A DNA stretch of 64,000 bases from an uncultured Candidatus Binatia bacterium (lineage in GTDB: Bacteria; Desulfobacterota; Binatia; Bin18). Shown piece by piece: positions 61,625 through 64,000 of the stretch (position 1 is its first letter; every line of letters starts with the position of its first letter). The notes beneath the pieces were generated by a model that saw only the letters and a list, made by a program, of their open reading frames with translations, searched no databases and was not told the DNA's origin. The stretch is from NCBI GenBank assembly GCA_965200965.1, contig OZ241744.1, positions 2,144,001-2,208,000 on the forward strand. Reading direction: 5' to 3'. The position numbers and the translations under genes were made by a program.

Positions 61625-63492
61625 AGGTAATATCCCAGAATGAGCATGGCCCCGGCCAGAAACGAGAGGACATAGTTCTGGACATTGCCGGTCTGCCACA
61701 GGCGCAGCGCCGAACCGCTGGCGGCGGCTGTCCGGGCTGTGCCGTTCACCGCCCGGTCAATGACCCGTGTGTCCCACACCTGCCACAACCACTGCGAGGC
61801 GACGAGCGTCGGGCGGACAAAGACGGCCTGGTAGATTTCGTCAATATAATATCTGTTCAGCAGCAGCGTGTGCAGGCCGGCGAACTGTTGGCTCAGCCGC
61901 TCAACCCGGCCCGGCTCGCGCACATACAAGACATACGCCAGCCAGAGGCCGGCCAGGCCGACCAGCGTTGGCGTATAGCGAACCACAAACGACACATGCG
62001 CGGCGTGGTGCTGGTCAAACACCGCTTGCAGAAAATGGGGAACCGGGAAGTAGCCACCAATGACCGACAACACGGCCAGCGCAATCAGCGGGGCAGTCAT
62101 CACCGAGGGCGATTCATGGATATGGGCGGCCACCTCGCGGTCGGCCCGGGTCTTACCCCAGAAGGTGACAAACAGGAGCCGGAACATGTAGAGCGCGGTC
62201 AGGCCGGCCCCCAGCGTGCCCAGCAGCCATAGTATCGCCGAGCCGTGCGGGGCGGCGTAGGCTTCCTCCAGGATCAGGTCTTTGCTGAAGAAGCCGGACA
62301 GCAGAGGCAGGCCGGCAATAGCCAGACAGCCAACTGCAAACGTCCAGTATGTGGTCGGCATGGTAGTGCGCAGGCCGCCCATCTTGCCGATATCCTGCTC
62401 GTCGCTCATGCCGTGGATGACACTGCCGGCACCCAGAAACAGCAGGGCCTTAAAAAAGGCGTGGGTCATCAGGTGAAAGACCGCCGCCCCATACGCCCCA
62501 ACCCCCAGACCCAGGAACATATAGCCGAGCTGGCTGACGGTCGAGTAGGCCAGGACCTTTTTGATATCGGTCTGGACCAGGGCGATGGTGGCCGCAAGCA
62601 GGGCCGTGCCGGCCCCAACGCAGGCCACCAGCGACAGCGCGGCGGGTGACAGTGCGTACAGGAAGTGCAGGCGGGCGATCAGGTAAATCCCGGCTGTGAC
62701 CATAGTCGCGGCGTGGATCAGGGCGCTGACCGGCGTCGGGCCGGCCATAGCGTCCGGCAGCCACACATACAGCGGAATCTGGGCCGATTTTCCGGTCGCG
62801 CCGATAAACAACAACACGCACACCGCAGTCAGCGTGCCGACCGACAGTGCTGAGGCATTGGCCTCAATGTCGGTGAACGACAGGGTCCATACGCCGTGCT
62901 CAGCCAGGCTCCAGAACAGCACAAACAGGCCCAGCAGAAAGCCCGCGTCTCCGATCCGATTGACAATAAACGCCTTTTTGCCGGCGCTGGCTTTCTCGTC
63001 GTCGGTGTACCAGAAGCCGATCAACAGGTAGGAACACAGACCCACGCCTTCCCAGCCGACAAACAGCAGCAGCAGGTTCTCGGCCATGACCAGTACCAGC
63101 ATGGCCGCGGTGAACAGGTTGAGATAGGCGAAATAGCGCGCTACGTCCGCATCCTCGGCCATATACCCGACCGAATAGACATGGATCAGAAAACCGACCC
63201 CGGTGATGACCAGGATCATCACTGCGGACAGGGCATCGACCCGCAGGGCAATGTCAACGTGCAACTCCCCGGCCGTAATCCACGGAAAAATGCGATCAAC
63301 CAGCACCCCGCCCTCGGGCAACTGAAAAAAGGCCGACACGGCCAGCAGAAACGCGGCCAGGACCACGCCCGGACCAATGGCGTTGACCGCCCCGCGGCCC
63401 AGCCGCGCACCACAGAACACATGAAACACCACCCCCAGCAGGGGCAACAGGACAATAAAACGCAGGGAGGGAAGCGGAAGAGCCTCGTGCAT
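61618..63492 (-). CDS. nuoL: NADH-quinone oxidoreductase subunit L
   Basis: GWEGVGLCSYLLIGF, WLPDAMAGPTPVSALIHAATMV, THAFFKALLFL. Confidence 0.97.
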   Translation of the reverse strand: MHEALPLPSLRFIVLLPLLGVVFHVFCGARLGRGAVNAIGPGVVLAAFLLAVSAFFQLPEGGVLVDRIFPWITAGELHVDIALRVDALSAVMILVITGVGFLIHVYSVGYMAEDADVARYFAYLNLFTAAMLVLVMAENLLLLFVGWEGVGLCSYLLIGFWYTDDEKASAGKKAFIVNRIGDAGFLLGLFVLFWSLAEHGVWTLSFTDIEANASALSVGTLTAVCVLLFIGATGKSAQIPLYVWLPDAMAGPTPVSALIHAATMVTAGIYLIARLHFLYALSPAALSLVACVGAGTALLAATIALVQTDIKKVLAYSTVSQLGYMFLGLGVGAYGAAVFHLMTHAFFKALLFLGAGSVIHGMSDEQDIGKMGGLRTTMPTTYWTFAVGCLAIAGLPLLSGFFSKDLILEEAYAAPHGSAILWLLGTLGAGLTALYMFRLLFVTFWGKTRADREVAAHIHESPSVMTAPLIALAVLSVIGGYFPVPHFLQAVFDQHHAAHVSFVVRYTPTLVGLAGLWLAYVLYVREPGRVERLSQQFAGLHTLLLNRYYIDEIYQAVFVRPTLVASQWLWQVWDTRVIDRAVNGTARTAAASGSALRLWQTGNVQNYVLSFLAGAMLILGYYLW

Positions 63493-63495
63493 GGT

Positions 63496-63798
63496 TTACC
63501 ACCGCAGCAGGGTCAATTCATCCGCATTGACCGTCTCTTTGCCGCGAAACACGAGCAGCACAATCGCCAGCCCGACCGCGGCCTCGGCCGCGGCCACGGC
63601 CATCACAAAAAAGACGCTCAGCTGCCCGTCCATAGAGCCGAGGTGGCGGGCAAAGGCGACAAAGGACAGATTCACCGCGTTGAGCATCAGTTCAATTGAC
63701 ATGAAAATAATGATCGCGTTGCGGCGCACCAGGACACCCATCACCCCAATGGTGAACAGGACTGCACTGAGGACGAGGTGATAACCGATGGGAACCAT
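63496..63798 (-). CDS. nuoK: NADH-quinone oxidoreductase subunit K
   Basis: RRN...[23 protein letters not shown]. Confidence 0.97.
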   Translation of the reverse strand: MVPIGYHLVLSAVLFTIGVMGVLVRRNAIIIFMSIELMLNAVNLSFVAFARHLGSMDGQLSVFFVMAVAAAEAAVGLAIVLLVFRGKETVNADELTLLRW

Positions 63799-63832
63799 GT
63801 GTTTCGCTTTCAGCCGTCAACACGGCGCGTCT

Positions 63833-64000
63833 TCAAGCCTGGCGCTGGGCTAAAACCACCGCACCGACAACGGCCACCAGGAGCAACACCGAGGTCACTT
63901 CAAACGGAATCAGAAAATCGGTAAACAGTCGCTCGCTCAGGGCGGCGACCGTCCCAAACCCCTCCGGCAACTCGGCCGTGGCCTCAGACGGCACCCGGCC
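63833..64000 (-). CDS. nuoJ: NADH-quinone oxidoreductase subunit J, 3' end only
   Basis: Manual translation ...GFGTVAALSERLFTDFLIPFEVTSVLLLVAVVGAVVLAQRQA*; upstream of nuoK. Confidence 0.9.
   Translation of the reverse strand, partial: GRVPSEATAELPEGFGTVAALSERLFTDFLIPFEVTSVLLLVAVVGAVVLAQRQA

Overview
GC-rich bacterial chromosomal window. The gene repertoire (many LLM oxidoreductases, amidohydrolases, a tandem CaiB CoA-transferase, TonB receptors) recalls Binatia/deltaproteobacteria-like, possibly sponge-associated, lineages; this is inference only. The left 14.7 kb is housekeeping on the minus strand: partial korA, an isc cluster lacking iscU/fdx/iscR, uvrA, and folD-gcvT-gcvH-gcvPA-gcvPB. 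The middle holds two tandem TonB-dependent receptors and catabolic/redox genes, and the right end is nuoJ-K-L-M-N. Accessory signals worth follow-up: (1) a UGSC-type selenoprotein that the ORF track splits at an in-frame TGA (46127), with a SECIS-like hairpin behind it; (2) an insertion hotspot at 29.9-34.6 kb where four partial copies of one promoter/palindrome site separate successive cargoes, including a four-gene tandem array of membrane-anchored His-rich coiled-coil proteins with shuffled 11/14-aa repeats, with relatives at 32.3, 41.9 and 44.5 kb, some beside duplicated host sequence; (3) a translationally coupled MoxR-like AAA / GXGXG beta-helix / VWA operon; (4) an AT-richer three-gene island resembling a tripartite toxin system; (5) a CYP51-like P450. 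No rRNA, tRNA, integrase, transposase, reverse transcriptase or cas gene was recognised. All family assignments are from motif recognition, not database searches.
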